Shown one piece after another: positions 46,790-57,475 of a DNA stretch of 64,000 nucleotides. Both the position numbers and the translations under genes were made by a program. The notes beneath the pieces were generated by a model that saw only the letters and a program-made list of their open reading frames with translations, was not told the origin of the DNA and made no database searches. Where the stretch lies: assembly GCA_903889905.1 (NCBI GenBank), contig CAISZI010000046.1, positions 853 to 64,852 on the forward strand. Reading direction: 5' to 3'. The stretch is from Candidatus Wirthbacteria bacterium. Its GTDB lineage: Bacteria; Patescibacteriota; CG2-30-54-11. Each line of letters opens with the position of its first letter. Within the stretch, counting starts at the first letter, position 1.

Positions 46790-47842
46790 ATGAAGTGGCT
46801 TGATAACTTTTTTAAACAATTTTCGGTTGACCTCGGCACAGCCAACACCATGGTCTATGTTCGCAACCAGGGCATCATGATCCAGGAACCTTCGGTTGTG
46901 GCGATTTCGGACCGCACCAAAGACGTACTCGCTATCGGTGAAGAAGCCAAAAAAATGGTGGGCCGCACCCCCATGGATATCCGCGCCGTACGCCCCTTGC
47001 GCAACGGGGTAGTCTCGGACTTCGAGGTCACCGAACAAATGCTGCGCTACTTCATCCAGAAAGCCATCCAGAAATACGCCAAATTCAAAGCCTTTGCCCG
47101 GCCACAGGTCGTGATCGGTATCCCCTCGGGCGTCACCGAAGTGGAACGCCGCGCCGTGGAAGAAGCCGCCATGAACGCCGGTGCGCGCAAAGTTTTCCTG
47201 ATCGAGGAACCCATGGCCGCCGCGATTGGCGCCCGACTGCCGGTTGGGGACGCCGGTGGCTGCATGATCATTGATATTGGTGGCGGAACAGCGGAAATTG
47301 CCGTAATCAGCTTGGGTGGAGTGGTCGCAAGCCGCAGCATCCGCGCGGCCGGGGATCGCTTTGACGAAGACATTATCCTCTATGCCCGCAATGTCATGAA
47401 CCTGGTAATTGGCGAACGCATGGCCGAACAGGTCAAAATCGCCATTGGCTCGGCCTACCCCATGAAAAAAGAACTGGAAACGACGATCAAAGGCCGCGAC
47501 GTACTAAGCGGCCTGCCCCGTACCGAAATCATCCATAGTGGCCAGGTGCGTGACGCCCTCAAGGAATCGATTGGCATCATTGTCGATGCCGTCAAATCCA
47601 CGGTGGAACAAACCCCGCCCGAACTCGTAGCTGACATCATGGATCGCGGCATCTATGTGGCCGGCGGCGGCGCCCAGATCCGTGGCCTCGACACCCTGCT
47701 CGCACAGGAATGCCGCATGCCCGTGATCATCGCCGACGACCCCATGACCTGCGTCGCGCGCGGCACCGGTTCGCTTTTGGACGACATCGAACTGCTCAAA
47801 CGCGTGTCCGTGGTGTCCAAATACGATTCACTGCCGTCGTAG
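46790..47842 (+). CDS. mreB: Rod-shape-determining protein MreB
   Basis: Actin-like ATPase motifs DLGTANT and DIGGGTAEIAVIS. Confidence 0.9.
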   Translation: MKWLDNFFKQFSVDLGTANTMVYVRNQGIMIQEPSVVAISDRTKDVLAIGEEAKKMVGRTPMDIRAVRPLRNGVVSDFEVTEQMLRYFIQKAIQKYAKFKAFARPQVVIGIPSGVTEVERRAVEEAAMNAGARKVFLIEEPMAAAIGARLPVGDAGGCMIIDIGGGTAEIAVISLGGVVASRSIRAAGDRFDEDIILYARNVMNLVIGERMAEQVKIAIGSAYPMKKELETTIKGRDVLSGLPRTEIIHSGQVRDALKESIGIIVDAVKSTVEQTPPELVADIMDRGIYVAGGGAQIRGLDTLLAQECRMPVIIADDPMTCVARGTGSLLDDIELLKRVSVVSKYDSLPS

Positions 47843-47950
47843 ATACCGCCAATTCCTCTCCCCCGGGGCTGGAGTCTGCGACGTCCCACGCAGTGGGAGA
47901 GAGTTATAGAGAGGGAATTCCCTTCACAAAAAAGACCCCCTCTCCTTGCA

Positions 47951-47982
47951 TCCTCCCCCAAGGGGGAGGAGAAGAATTTTTC
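47951..47982 (+). terminator. Rho-independent terminator after mreB (TCCTCCCCC-aa-GGGGGAGGA plus T-run)
   Basis: Perfect 9-bp GC-rich stem followed by GAAGAATTTTT. Confidence 0.5.
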
Positions 47983-47993
47983 CCGTTTGGATG

Positions 47994-48024
47994 TTAGTTA
48001 TTAGTTATTAGTTATTAGAATTTA
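47994..48024 (+). promoter_or_regulatory. Tandem heptamer (TAGTTAT x3) ending in the shared 17-mer TTAGTTATTAGAATTTA, 4 nt before the mreC ATG; TAGAAT -10-like
   Basis: Exact match of 48008-48024 with 11272-11288. No SD sequence. Confidence 0.35.
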
Positions 48025-48028
48025 ACGC

Positions 48029-48853
48029 ATGTCTTTCTGGAAAAGTCTGAACAATTTTGGCAAGGCGGTATTTCTGGTACTGCTTTGCATTTTTATCATT
48101 TTCCTGACCCAGGTGCACGCCGACCAGGTCTTGCGCCGCAGTCTGGATTTTGTCACCACACCTATCCTGAAGGTGACATCAGTGGCCTCGGAATATGTGC
48201 TGGGCACGGGTAAATTTCTGGGCGGCATTGGCAAGATCAGTGATGAGAACCGTTTGCTCAAAGCACAAGTCGCCGCTTTGGAACTTCAGGATGTCACACT
48301 CGAGGAATTCAAACTCGAGAACCAGCAGCTGCGGGACCAACTGGGACTGCAACAAAAACAGAATTTCAAACTCAAAACCGCCCGTGTCATTGGCAGCGAG
48401 CCCGTCGGCAACCTCAAAGTGCTGACGATCAATGCTGGAATGCAGCAGGGCATTGCTGTCAAAATGCCAGTCGTGGTCTCGCAAGGGTTACTGGTGGGCT
48501 ATGTGCAGGAAGTCTACGACACCAGTGCCCGGGTCATGTTGCTGCTGGACACCTCGGTGGAAATGCCTGCCCGCATTCAACAATCCCGGGCCGATGGTAT
48601 AGTCAAAGGCCAACCGCTGGGACAGGGACTCTCGATGAGCCTGATCCCGCAGGACGCGACCGTCGAACGTGGCAATACCGTGATCACTTCCGGCCTGGGC
48701 AGCACCATGCCGCCTGGTCTCCTGATTGGCTATGTACAGGCGGTGAACAAAGATACCAACCAGATTTTCCAAACCGCTGATATCCTGCCAGCTGTTGACT
48801 TCGGACGCTTGGAAACCGTCATGGTGATTACCAATTTTAATCCGAGTCTGTAA
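48029..48853 (+). CDS. mreC: Rod-shape-determining protein MreC
   Basis: N-terminal TM, a coiled-coil and C-terminal beta domains (GLLVGYVQEV... and GLLIGYVQAV repeats). Confidence 0.8.
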   Translation: MSFWKSLNNFGKAVFLVLLCIFIIFLTQVHADQVLRRSLDFVTTPILKVTSVASEYVLGTGKFLGGIGKISDENRLLKAQVAALELQDVTLEEFKLENQQLRDQLGLQQKQNFKLKTARVIGSEPVGNLKVLTINAGMQQGIAVKMPVVVSQGLLVGYVQEVYDTSARVMLLLDTSVEMPARIQQSRADGIVKGQPLGQGLSMSLIPQDATVERGNTVITSGLGSTMPPGLLIGYVQAVNKDTNQIFQTADILPAVDFGRLETVMVITNFNPSL

Positions 48854-49354
48854 ATGTGGTGGTTACTTGTCATCACTTTTTTGCTCTCCTCGCTGCAGCT
48901 CACACTCGTACCGTTTGTCTTTGTCAGCGGTACGATGATTGATCTGGTGCTGGTATTTGTCATGAGCTGGGCGATGCTCAAAAAAGGGAGCAGTGCCTTA
49001 TGGCTCGCTTTTCTCGCCGGACTGGTGCTGAACCAGTATTCCGCCCTGCACATGGGATTTCTGCCCTTGTTTTATGTTGTCATTGCCTACCTGGCGACGC
49101 TGGTGAGCAGCGACATGATTGATAATAACTGGCTCCTGGCCGTCGTCCTGGGATTCACCCTGAGCGGACTGTTTGAACTCCTGGTGCTGCTCAGTTTCTG
49201 GTTTGGCGGCCACAACCTGTTCACGCTCGACTACCTGAGCCAGATTGTACTGGTGCGAGTGCTGCTGAACACGACGTTCATGTTACTACTGTTCCCCGTA
49301 CTGCGTGCCCTGAACAGCAATTTAAACCAACGCCACAAGGCGCTGCTGCCATGA
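48854..49354 (+). CDS. mreD: Rod-shape-determining protein MreD
   Basis: Small polytopic membrane protein immediately after mreC. Confidence 0.65.
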   Translation: MWWLLVITFLLSSLQLTLVPFVFVSGTMIDLVLVFVMSWAMLKKGSSALWLAFLAGLVLNQYSALHMGFLPLFYVVIAYLATLVSSDMIDNNWLLAVVLGFTLSGLFELLVLLSFWFGGHNLFTLDYLSQIVLVRVLLNTTFMLLLFPVLRALNSNLNQRHKALLP

Positions 49355-51324
49355 GAATTTCTAACCCCTTTACCAAACTTGGTTTGTATTTCAAACGCAT
49401 GGGGCAACTCCTGCGGCCCTCGCCACGGCCCAAAAACAGTATCCATGCGACCCGCTGGGAAGACAACCTGACACCGTTTTATGAAAGCAGTGGCGTCGCC
49501 CACGAAGAATTTGCCGGTAAAAACCGCCTCCTGGCCCTCAAATTGTTCCTGGTCGTTGTCGTTGGCATTCTGTGTCTGCGCCTGTTTCAACTCAAAGTCG
49601 TTCAAGGCAGCGCCTTCAAACAGCAAGCCGCCACCAATTTCACCCGCTTTCACCAGATCAGCGCCAGCCGCGGCATTATTTTTGACAGCCTGGGCACGCC
49701 GCTGGTATTGAACGAACCGGATTACGTACTCTCCGCCCTGCCGGCACAGTTGCCGCGTGCCGCTGCCGCCCGGGACGCCGTGGCAACCAAATTGTCGACA
49801 TTACTCAATGTCCCTGCCATTGACGTCCAAACCGCGCTGACAACAGCCTTTAAACTTAACCATGCCAGTGTCCCGCTCAAATTTTCCCTGTCCCGCGACC
49901 AAGGCATTGAAATGATCACCAAGTCCAGTGATTTTCCCGGCCTGCAGCTCGACATCGAGAGCAAACGCAATTACACCGGCAGCACGGCTTTTTCCCAAAT
50001 ACTCGGTTACCTCACCCAAGTAAGCGACGACGATCTCAAGGCGGATACTTTTTATCAAAACGGCGACAAAATCGGCCGTGATGGCCTCGAACGCTATTAT
50101 GAAAACCAGCTGCGTGGAGTCAAAGGTGTCGGCGAAATAGAAGTGGATGCCAAAGGCAAACAAATCACTGTACGCAGCGACCCTAATCAACTGCCCCAAT
50201 CCGGCCGAAACCTCGTTCTGACCATTAACAAAAATCTGCAATCCACCGTACAAACCGCACTGGAAAATGGCATCAGAACGGCCAAAGGAGCGGGCGGCGT
50301 GGCTATTGTCTTAGATGTCCGCAGCGGCGCTATTCTGGCCATGGCGAGTGCCCCAACCTATGACAATAACGTTTTTTCGGCAGCCAACAACACCGACGCC
50401 ATCAACCAGCTTTATAGTCCCGACAGCGGCACACCACTGTTTGACCGCGCCATTGCCGGGCTCTATCCGCCTGGCTCAACGTTCAAGACCATTACTGCGT
50501 CAGCCGGACTCCAGGAAGGTGTGATTAAGGCCAATACCATATTACAAACACCGGGATTCCTGGATGTGGGTGGCAGCAAATTCATTGACTGGATTTATGG
50601 TGCCAGCGGTGGCAATTTCGGGTCACTCAATGTCGTCGGTGCGTTGACGCATTCCAGTGACGTCTTTTTTTACCAGGTCGCTGCTGGCTACAACCAACTG
50701 ACGGGACTTGGATCCGACCGACTCAAACATTATGCTGATTTATTCGGACTGGAAAGCCAAACCGGCATCGACCTCCCGGGTGAGAAAAAAGGCGTTATTC
50801 CCTCGCAATCAGAATACGCTGCTCTCCAAAAAGACTGGTACTGGGGAGACACCGCGCACGCGGGCATTGGCCAGGGCTATGTGCTGGTGACGCCACTCGA
50901 ACTCTGTGACGCTATTGCCGCTATTGCCAATGGTGGCACCCTCTATCAGCCGTATCTCGTCAAATCCATTGAAACCTCTGGCACCGATCCACAGCAAGTA
51001 ACTGCTCCCAAAGTAACACGTGCCAATGTGGTTTCCTCAAGCGTGCTGCAAACCGTGCGTCAGGGGATGCGTGGCACGGTCAACGATCCTGGCGGTACGG
51101 CGCCTCAACTCAAATCATTACCTGTCATCGTCGCCGGCAAAACAGGCACAGCCCAAACCGACAAAATCAGGCAAAACCACGCCTGGTTTGTCAGTTTCGC
51201 CCCCTATGACAACCCGCAGATTGCGACCGTGGTCCTGGTGGAACAAGGTGGCGAAGGTTCCCAGACAGCAGTACCCATTACCAAGGAAATCCTTGCCTGG
51301 TACTTTACAAACTTAAGCCACTAA
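49351..51324 (+). CDS. mrdA: Penicillin-binding protein 2 (peptidoglycan D,D-transpeptidase MrdA)
   Basis: Motifs STFK, SSD and KTGT. Sits in the mreBCD cluster. Confidence 0.85.
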   Translation: MRISNPFTKLGLYFKRMGQLLRPSPRPKNSIHATRWEDNLTPFYESSGVAHEEFAGKNRLLALKLFLVVVVGILCLRLFQLKVVQGSAFKQQAATNFTRFHQISASRGIIFDSLGTPLVLNEPDYVLSALPAQLPRAAAARDAVATKLSTLLNVPAIDVQTALTTAFKLNHASVPLKFSLSRDQGIEMITKSSDFPGLQLDIESKRNYTGSTAFSQILGYLTQVSDDDLKADTFYQNGDKIGRDGLERYYENQLRGVKGVGEIEVDAKGKQITVRSDPNQLPQSGRNLVLTINKNLQSTVQTALENGIRTAKGAGGVAIVLDVRSGAILAMASAPTYDNNVFSAANNTDAINQLYSPDSGTPLFDRAIAGLYPPGSTFKTITASAGLQEGVIKANTILQTPGFLDVGGSKFIDWIYGASGGNFGSLNVVGALTHSSDVFFYQVAAGYNQLTGLGSDRLKHYADLFGLESQTGIDLPGEKKGVIPSQSEYAALQKDWYWGDTAHAGIGQGYVLVTPLELCDAIAAIANGGTLYQPYLVKSIETSGTDPQQVTAPKVTRANVVSSSVLQTVRQGMRGTVNDPGGTAPQLKSLPVIVAGKTGTAQTDKIRQNHAWFVSFAPYDNPQIATVVLVEQGGEGSQTAVPITKEILAWYFTNLSH

Positions 51325-51367
51325 TCGATACTGATTCCCTGGCACCCATAGCCGCGAAAGGCACCGC

Positions 51368-52705
51368 ATGAGCAATCTCAAACTTCCTCCCCAAAACCTA
51401 GAAGCCGAAGCGTCCATTTTGGGCTCGCTGCTGATTGATAAAAGCGCGATCCTCAAAACCGTCGAAATCCTGCAGCCTGACGACTTTTATTCCGACCACC
51501 ACCGCTACATTTACGAAGCCATCCTGGAACTGTTTGAAAAACGTATCCCCACGGACCAGGTAACCCTGACCGAGGATCTGAAGAAAAAAAAGAAACTCAA
51601 GGAAATTGGCGGCGCCAGTTACCTCAGCGAACTGGTCAATAATGTGCCCGCTGCCGTGCATGTGGATTTTTATGCCCGCATTGTGCACGAAAAAGCCGTG
51701 CTGCGACGACTCATAGGAGTCTCCGAACAGATCGCCGAGATGTCGTTTAATGAACAAAAAGACGTGGCCACGATTCTGGACGAATCCGAACAGGCGGTGT
51801 TTGAAATTGCCCAGAAACAAATCCGTTCCGACTTCACACCCATGAAAACCGTGCTTAGCCAGGCCTTTGACCGCATCGATGAACTGCACAAGAATAAAGG
51901 CAAACTCAGCGGCGTCCCTACCGGCTACACTGACATGGACAAACTGCTGGGAGGCATGCAAAAATCCGACCTGATCATCCTCGCGGCCCGCCCCTCCATG
52001 GGCAAAACCAGCCTGGCCCTCAACATCGCCCAAAACGTTTCGACCAAATACGACATTCCGGTCGGTATTTTCAGCCTCGAAATGTCCAAAGAACAGCTCG
52101 TCGACCGCCTCATCTGCGCCGAAGCCGGCATTGATTTGCGCAAACTGCGTACCGGGTTCCTCAGCGAAGACGATTTCAGCCGTATCGGGCGCGCCATGGG
52201 CATCCTGGGTGAAGCACGCATTTTTATTGACGATACGCCCGGCATCAACGTACTCGAGATGCGTACCAAAGCCCGCCGCCTGCAAAGTGAAAATGGCGTG
52301 GGCATGCTGGTTGTGGACTACCTCCAGCTGATCAGTGGCCGACGGGATACCGAAAACCGTGTGCAGGAAATTTCCGAGATTTCCCGCTCCCTCAAAAACC
52401 TCGCCCGCGAACTCCAGATCCCGGTACTGGCTCTCTCGCAGCTCTCCCGTGCCGTGGAATCCCGTCCCAGCAAAATCCCCATGCTTTCTGACCTGCGCGA
52501 ATCCGGCTCGATCGAACAGGACGCCGACGTGGTTTCCTTTATTTACCGCGAAGACTACTACAACCCCGAAACCCTGCGTCAAAATGTGGCCGATATCATT
52601 GTCGCCAAGCACCGCAATGGTCCGACCGGCAAAATCGAACTCTGGTTCATCAAGGAACAGACCCGCTTCGAAAATTATGACGCCCATGGCCAGGGACCGG
52701 CTTGA
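51368..52705 (+). CDS. dnaB: Replicative DNA helicase DnaB
   Basis: N-terminal PPQNLEAEASILGSLL, Walker A ARPSMGKTS and RecA-like C-terminal motifs. Confidence 0.9.
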   Translation: MSNLKLPPQNLEAEASILGSLLIDKSAILKTVEILQPDDFYSDHHRYIYEAILELFEKRIPTDQVTLTEDLKKKKKLKEIGGASYLSELVNNVPAAVHVDFYARIVHEKAVLRRLIGVSEQIAEMSFNEQKDVATILDESEQAVFEIAQKQIRSDFTPMKTVLSQAFDRIDELHKNKGKLSGVPTGYTDMDKLLGGMQKSDLIILAARPSMGKTSLALNIAQNVSTKYDIPVGIFSLEMSKEQLVDRLICAEAGIDLRKLRTGFLSEDDFSRIGRAMGILGEARIFIDDTPGINVLEMRTKARRLQSENGVGMLVVDYLQLISGRRDTENRVQEISEISRSLKNLARELQIPVLALSQLSRAVESRPSKIPMLSDLRESGSIEQDADVVSFIYREDYYNPETLRQNVADIIVAKHRNGPTGKIELWFIKEQTRFENYDAHGQGPA

Positions 52706-54288
52706 ACTTTGTCACCAAAGGTTTAAAACTTCTCGGTCTGGGGCAGAAACGCGAAGTCGGATTTTTTGCCCTGCTAAGCAGTGCGGCGCTATTGCTGGCA
52801 AACCTGCCAACACTTTTAGCCGCCTGGATGACTCCCCGCGGCGGCTACTTCCTCGGCTATGGGCTATTGCTCAACCGTGCCGATGTTAATTCCTATGTCA
52901 ACAAAATCCTGCAAGGCATGGCCGGCACGCTCAAATTTCAAAGCTACTACACCACGGAACTTCAACGTGGCAGTTATTTCAATGTGTTTTACCTGGCATC
53001 AGGCTTTGTTGGCCGAGCTCTGACCAACAACCCCATGGTGATCTTTCAGGCATTACGACTGACTGGCTCCTTTTTCTTGCTGCTCGGATTATGGAGACTG
53101 CTTGGCCATTTCAAATTGAGTCTGCAGCAAAAATCGCTGGGCTTTGGCCTGTTGGCGTTGCTGCCAAGTATCTTCCCCTGGCTGGGCATGCAGAAAGAGC
53201 TGCTGGAATTCAACATTTTCACCATCCTGACCTACGCTCCCCATTTTATTGTGGGGGCAGCGCTGCTGGTGTGGACGATCTGGTGTTACTTACAGAGCCT
53301 TTCTGCCAAACACAAACAACCCCATTACCTGTTGCTGGCATTGGTGCTCAACCTTATCCAAGTCTTTGTCTATCCCTTCAGCGTGTTGTTGCCACTGCTG
53401 GCCATTGGCGTGCATCTGGTTTTGCTGTGGGTCAGTTCCAATCAAACGCTGCTCCAAAAACTCTGGCTGTGGCTACCGGTGCAGGCCATCCCGCTCATGC
53501 TGGGCTATGGTTATTACCGCCTGCAACAAAATAACGACAGCTTTACCCGCGCCTGGCTCACCCAAAGCCGCACCTCCTCACAAATCAATATCATTTTTGC
53601 CCTACTCGAACTAGGCGTGTTGCTGCCACTTGTCCTGCTTGGCCTGAAAAAATTATGGCAACAACATGCTCCGCTTTCCCCTGTTTCTCTGTTTGTCGCG
53701 GGCTGGATGGCCACCAACCTGATCTCCCTGTATTTACCGATCAACTTTGCCGCCCGGCTTTGTCTGGGTGCGCAAATTCCCTTTGTGCTGATGGCAATCA
53801 TTGGATTAAATACCAACACGATCCTGACCCGATCGGCCAAAGTCACTCTCATCGTGATTGGCATGAGCCTGATGGGCAGCCTGCTTTACCTAAAACAAGG
53901 ATTTAACGACTCGTATCAGGATCAGGGGCTTTACCTGAATGCCCATGAAACCGCTGTCCTCAAGGGGCTTCAACAATTTCCGGTTGGCAGTAAAACCGTC
54001 CTGGCACTGCCACCTCTGGGCAATTACATTCCAGCCGTGGCTGGCGCACGAACCTTTGTCGGACAACGCGATGAGACGCTGGATTTTTTTGCCAAAACCA
54101 TGGCCACGGAACATTTCCTCTCTAGCCAAAACCCGACAGAGCAACAATCCTTTCTGACCACCAATAGGATTGATTACGTCCTGGTGGGCATCAACGAAAG
54201 AAAATGGTTAAATGGTGGGGTGTTACAAATTCCCAACTGGCATTTAGTCGAGCAAAGTGGCGATGTCGAACTTTATGGCAAAAATTAA
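52702..54288 (+). CDS. Polytopic membrane protein, putative GT-C-type glycosyltransferase, paralog 1
   Basis: TTG start overlapping the dnaB stop. More than 10 TM helices and a C-terminal soluble domain. Paralogous to the next gene. Confidence 0.5.
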   Translation: MNFVTKGLKLLGLGQKREVGFFALLSSAALLLANLPTLLAAWMTPRGGYFLGYGLLLNRADVNSYVNKILQGMAGTLKFQSYYTTELQRGSYFNVFYLASGFVGRALTNNPMVIFQALRLTGSFFLLLGLWRLLGHFKLSLQQKSLGFGLLALLPSIFPWLGMQKELLEFNIFTILTYAPHFIVGAALLVWTIWCYLQSLSAKHKQPHYLLLALVLNLIQVFVYPFSVLLPLLAIGVHLVLLWVSSNQTLLQKLWLWLPVQAIPLMLGYGYYRLQQNNDSFTRAWLTQSRTSSQINIIFALLELGVLLPLVLLGLKKLWQQHAPLSPVSLFVAGWMATNLISLYLPINFAARLCLGAQIPFVLMAIIGLNTNTILTRSAKVTLIVIGMSLMGSLLYLKQGFNDSYQDQGLYLNAHETAVLKGLQQFPVGSKTVLALPPLGNYIPAVAGARTFVGQRDETLDFFAKTMATEHFLSSQNPTEQQSFLTTNRIDYVLVGINERKWLNGGVLQIPNWHLVEQSGDVELYGKN

Positions 54289-55846
54289 TTTCAAACGCGA
54301 ATGGCTGTGGGTAATACTGATCAGCCTGCTGGTCGTAGCCCTCGCCAACCTGCCCCATCTGGTGGCTTATCTCTCTATACCCAAAGACTGGTATTTTCTG
54401 GGCCACGGCTATTCACCGGATCGGACCGACATCAATGCCTATTTAGTACGTATTGTCCAAGGCAGACGGGGCAGCTGGCTATTTGAAGACTGGTATACCC
54501 CGGAAGCTACCGGCAAAACCCTGTTTTATCTTATTTACCTCGCACTCGGCCACCTGGGAGCATTGCTGCGACTCAATGATCGTGCCACGCTGTTGCTCGG
54601 CCGGCTACTTAGTACCCCATTTCTGCTCAGTGGCTTGTATGCCCTGATTTCAACCTTTTTGTCCCGACAACGCGATCGACTCCTGGCTTTTCTGGCACTG
54701 ACACTGCCCTCTAGCCTGGACATGTTTTTGACCCCGTTTAACCTGGTCAGCTCCACCCAGGTGATCGAAACGCAACCATTTTTGACCATTGGCTATGTGC
54801 CGCATTTTTTGCTGGGACTGGGGGCATTATGCTGGTCTTTCTGGGCTTACTGGAAATGGCGGGAACAAGGTCAGGCCAAATGGTTCTGGGTAATGGCGAT
54901 GATGCTGGCACTTCTGGGGATCAGTTATCCGTTTGCGCTGGCTACGGTGGGCGGGACGCTGGCCGTCTTTGTCGCGTTGAGTTGGCTCAAACACGAACCA
55001 TTTGCCTTCAAAGCCGAGTTCAAAAAAATATTACTGGCCGCTTTGGTCATTATCCTGGTCGGTCTGTATTTTCTTTTGACCTCCTGGATCAACCCCTATT
55101 ACCGCACCTGGTGGTGGCATCAGCAAACAACGAGAGTGCTCAATCCCCTGCAACTTTTGAGCGGCTATGGTCTGTGGGGTTTTATGGGGCTGACCCTCTG
55201 TTTTTACTGGCTCTGGACACGACGCCACATTGCCAAACTGGACTTATTGGTGATGAGCTGGTTACTGTTTTCACTGTTTGCCTACTACAGCCCAATCATG
55301 AATTTCCGGCGTTCCGTCATCGGCTGGGGCATTCCATTGGTATTGCTGTGTTTCAGGCATCTCCCGACACTGCTGCCACGCAAGTTCTGGCGCTGGATTT
55401 TGATCCTCTCCACGCTGCTGGCGTTCGCTACGGTAACCCAACTGCTGGGAACCGCGATCGGTGACACCCTCCTCGATGGCCAAAGTGCGCTTGATCCTGC
55501 CGAATACTCGACCCTGCTCTACCTCAAAAAGCATGAACCCACCCCGGTCGTCGTGCTCACCAAGTCATTGATCGGTAACTACCTGCCTGCCGTAGCCGAA
55601 CAAAAAGTCGTTTACGGAATTTATGGTGAAACGCTCAATTCTGACGAAAAACTCAAAGAAGTCTGGGCTTTTTATCAAACGCCTGATGACGCGGATCACC
55701 TGAAACTATTGCAGCAATACCATGTCAAATACCTTTATTTTGGCTGGGAAGAATCCATTGGCCAGCGCTTTCGACCCGACCTGGCGCCGTATCTTCAGCT
55801 TGTTTACCAAAACAGTTATGTCAGACTTTACCGCGTCCAACTTTAA
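54263..55846 (+). CDS. Polytopic membrane protein, putative GT-C-type glycosyltransferase, paralog 2
   Basis: Same architecture and alignable N-termini (ANLPHLVAY... versus ANLPTLLAAW...). The start is ambiguous among 54257 (GTG), 54263 and 54275. Confidence 0.5.
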   Translation: MSNFMAKINFKREWLWVILISLLVVALANLPHLVAYLSIPKDWYFLGHGYSPDRTDINAYLVRIVQGRRGSWLFEDWYTPEATGKTLFYLIYLALGHLGALLRLNDRATLLLGRLLSTPFLLSGLYALISTFLSRQRDRLLAFLALTLPSSLDMFLTPFNLVSSTQVIETQPFLTIGYVPHFLLGLGALCWSFWAYWKWREQGQAKWFWVMAMMLALLGISYPFALATVGGTLAVFVALSWLKHEPFAFKAEFKKILLAALVIILVGLYFLLTSWINPYYRTWWWHQQTTRVLNPLQLLSGYGLWGFMGLTLCFYWLWTRRHIAKLDLLVMSWLLFSLFAYYSPIMNFRRSVIGWGIPLVLLCFRHLPTLLPRKFWRWILILSTLLAFATVTQLLGTAIGDTLLDGQSALDPAEYSTLLYLKKHEPTPVVVLTKSLIGNYLPAVAEQKVVYGIYGETLNSDEKLKEVWAFYQTPDDADHLKLLQQYHVKYLYFGWEESIGQRFRPDLAPYLQLVYQNSYVRLYRVQL

Positions 55847-55933
55847 CCCTCTTTGATCAAGCCTTGATTTGCTTTCCAGGCGGCTTTTTCAGTATATTGC
55901 ACCTGTGTGTTTTGCTCTTAATGTCCAAGCTCA

Positions 55934-56464
55934 ATGTCTACCCCCATTTCCGATCCGTTACAGGCCATACTGGCCTTGCTCTTTGCGAATCCGGCACCAC
56001 TGGAGCTCCAATCTCTAGTCAGCTTGCTTGGCATCAGTGCAGTCACCATCAATGAACTCATCAACAATCAACCACTTACTGGCCAACATGCCTTCATCAT
56101 CCAGCGCCACGACAATCTGGTGCAGCTGGCCACCAACCCGATTTACAGCCAGCTCATCCGTGACATGCTCAACCTCGAAAGTGCCAAAGAGCTCACCCCG
56201 GCAGCCAAGGAAACGCTTGCCATCATCGCTTACAAACAACCCATTGATCGCTCTTCACTGGAATCGATCCGTGGCCTGGATTGCCGCCGCACCCTGCAAA
56301 GTCTCAGCCACAAAGGCCTGATCCAGCAAAGCTCCGGCATGCCCGAGGGCGGCGATCCAAGGTCGTATTATTATGAAGTCAGCCTGAAATTCCTGGAATA
56401 CTTTGGCCTCAAAGACAAAGACGAACTCAAGACCAAACTCATGAAACCCACTGCCACTTTATGA
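55934..56464 (+). CDS. scpB: Segregation and condensation protein B (ScpB)
   Basis: PLQAILALLFA N-terminal signature and tandem winged-helix, 176 aa. Confidence 0.75.
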   Translation: MSTPISDPLQAILALLFANPAPLELQSLVSLLGISAVTINELINNQPLTGQHAFIIQRHDNLVQLATNPIYSQLIRDMLNLESAKELTPAAKETLAIIAYKQPIDRSSLESIRGLDCRRTLQSLSHKGLIQQSSGMPEGGDPRSYYYEVSLKFLEYFGLKDKDELKTKLMKPTATL

Positions 56465-57438
56465 AACGTTTTTTTGCCAACACCATTACTGTCTGCGCGC
56501 TTTGCCTTGGTATTGGGCTGCCCTGGACAACCAGTTTTGCCAATCCGGTCGTGGAACAATGGGACAGCTGGCTGCTCGGGCAAACCGTGACTCCCAAGCC
56601 ACAGGTCAGCGCGCAAAGTTATATCATCACCGACGCGCATTCTGGTCAAATTCTACTGGGGCAACAAATCCATCTGCAACGCAACTGCGCCAGTCTGACC
56701 AAGCTCATGACCGCGCTGATTGTGGTCGAAAACCACACCAACCTCGACGAAGTGGTGTCGGTCCCGCCTGAAGCTCCCGCCGTGGATCCCAAAAAAATGG
56801 GCCTGCGTACCGGTGACCACATGACCCTGCGCAGCCTGATCAAAGGCGCCCTGATTGAATCTGCCAATGACGCAGCCATGGCACTGGCCATCACCACAGG
56901 TGGCGACAAGACGACATTTGTTAACCTGATGAACCAAAAAGCCAAAGTGCTAGGCATGCTCGACACGCACTTCACCAATCCCATCGGCTTTGATGACGAC
57001 TCTCCCGTCTCCAGTGCGCAGGACATCGCGACTTTGAGTTTCTATGTCATGCGCAACCCGGTATTACACGACATTGTCGGAACCAGTTCCGCACAGGTGA
57101 CCAACGCCGACGGTACCTATCACTTTTTGCTCAAAACCACCAACGACCTCTTGGGCCAAAACGGCACGATTGGCATCAAAACCGGTTCCACACCCGAAGC
57201 TGGCGAAACGCTGGCGCTGGACGTGCGGCGCGACAACCTGGAGGTAATCATTGTCCTGTTTGGTTCTCTGGACCGCTTTGCCGATGGCCGTACGCTCACC
57301 ACCTATGCCCTCAACCATTTTGTCACCAAAACCTTTGCGTTGCCGGTCCCCCAGTTCAACCCAGCCAACCTGTTCTCCGCCAAATCCCTCTGGGCCGGCC
57401 TCAAATGGCTCCCATTTAGCCTCACCGTCGCCAAGTAA
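56461..57438 (+). CDS. D-alanyl-D-alanine carboxypeptidase (S11, PBP5/6-like)
   Basis: Signal peptide plus motifs SLTK (SxxK), SAND (SxN) and KTGS. Confidence 0.8.
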   Translation: MKRFFANTITVCALCLGIGLPWTTSFANPVVEQWDSWLLGQTVTPKPQVSAQSYIITDAHSGQILLGQQIHLQRNCASLTKLMTALIVVENHTNLDEVVSVPPEAPAVDPKKMGLRTGDHMTLRSLIKGALIESANDAAMALAITTGGDKTTFVNLMNQKAKVLGMLDTHFTNPIGFDDDSPVSSAQDIATLSFYVMRNPVLHDIVGTSSAQVTNADGTYHFLLKTTNDLLGQNGTIGIKTGSTPEAGETLALDVRRDNLEVIIVLFGSLDRFADGRTLTTYALNHFVTKTFALPVPQFNPANLFSAKSLWAGLKWLPFSLTVAK

Positions 57439-57475
57439 TTCCAAGAGAACTTATCGAGTGGCGTCCCCGAGCCTA

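Noticed and set aside
47994-48024. CRISPR-like or minisatellite array
   Set aside because: Only ~3.5 copies of a 7-mer with no spacers. It is part of an AT-rich promoter-like region, not a CRISPR array.
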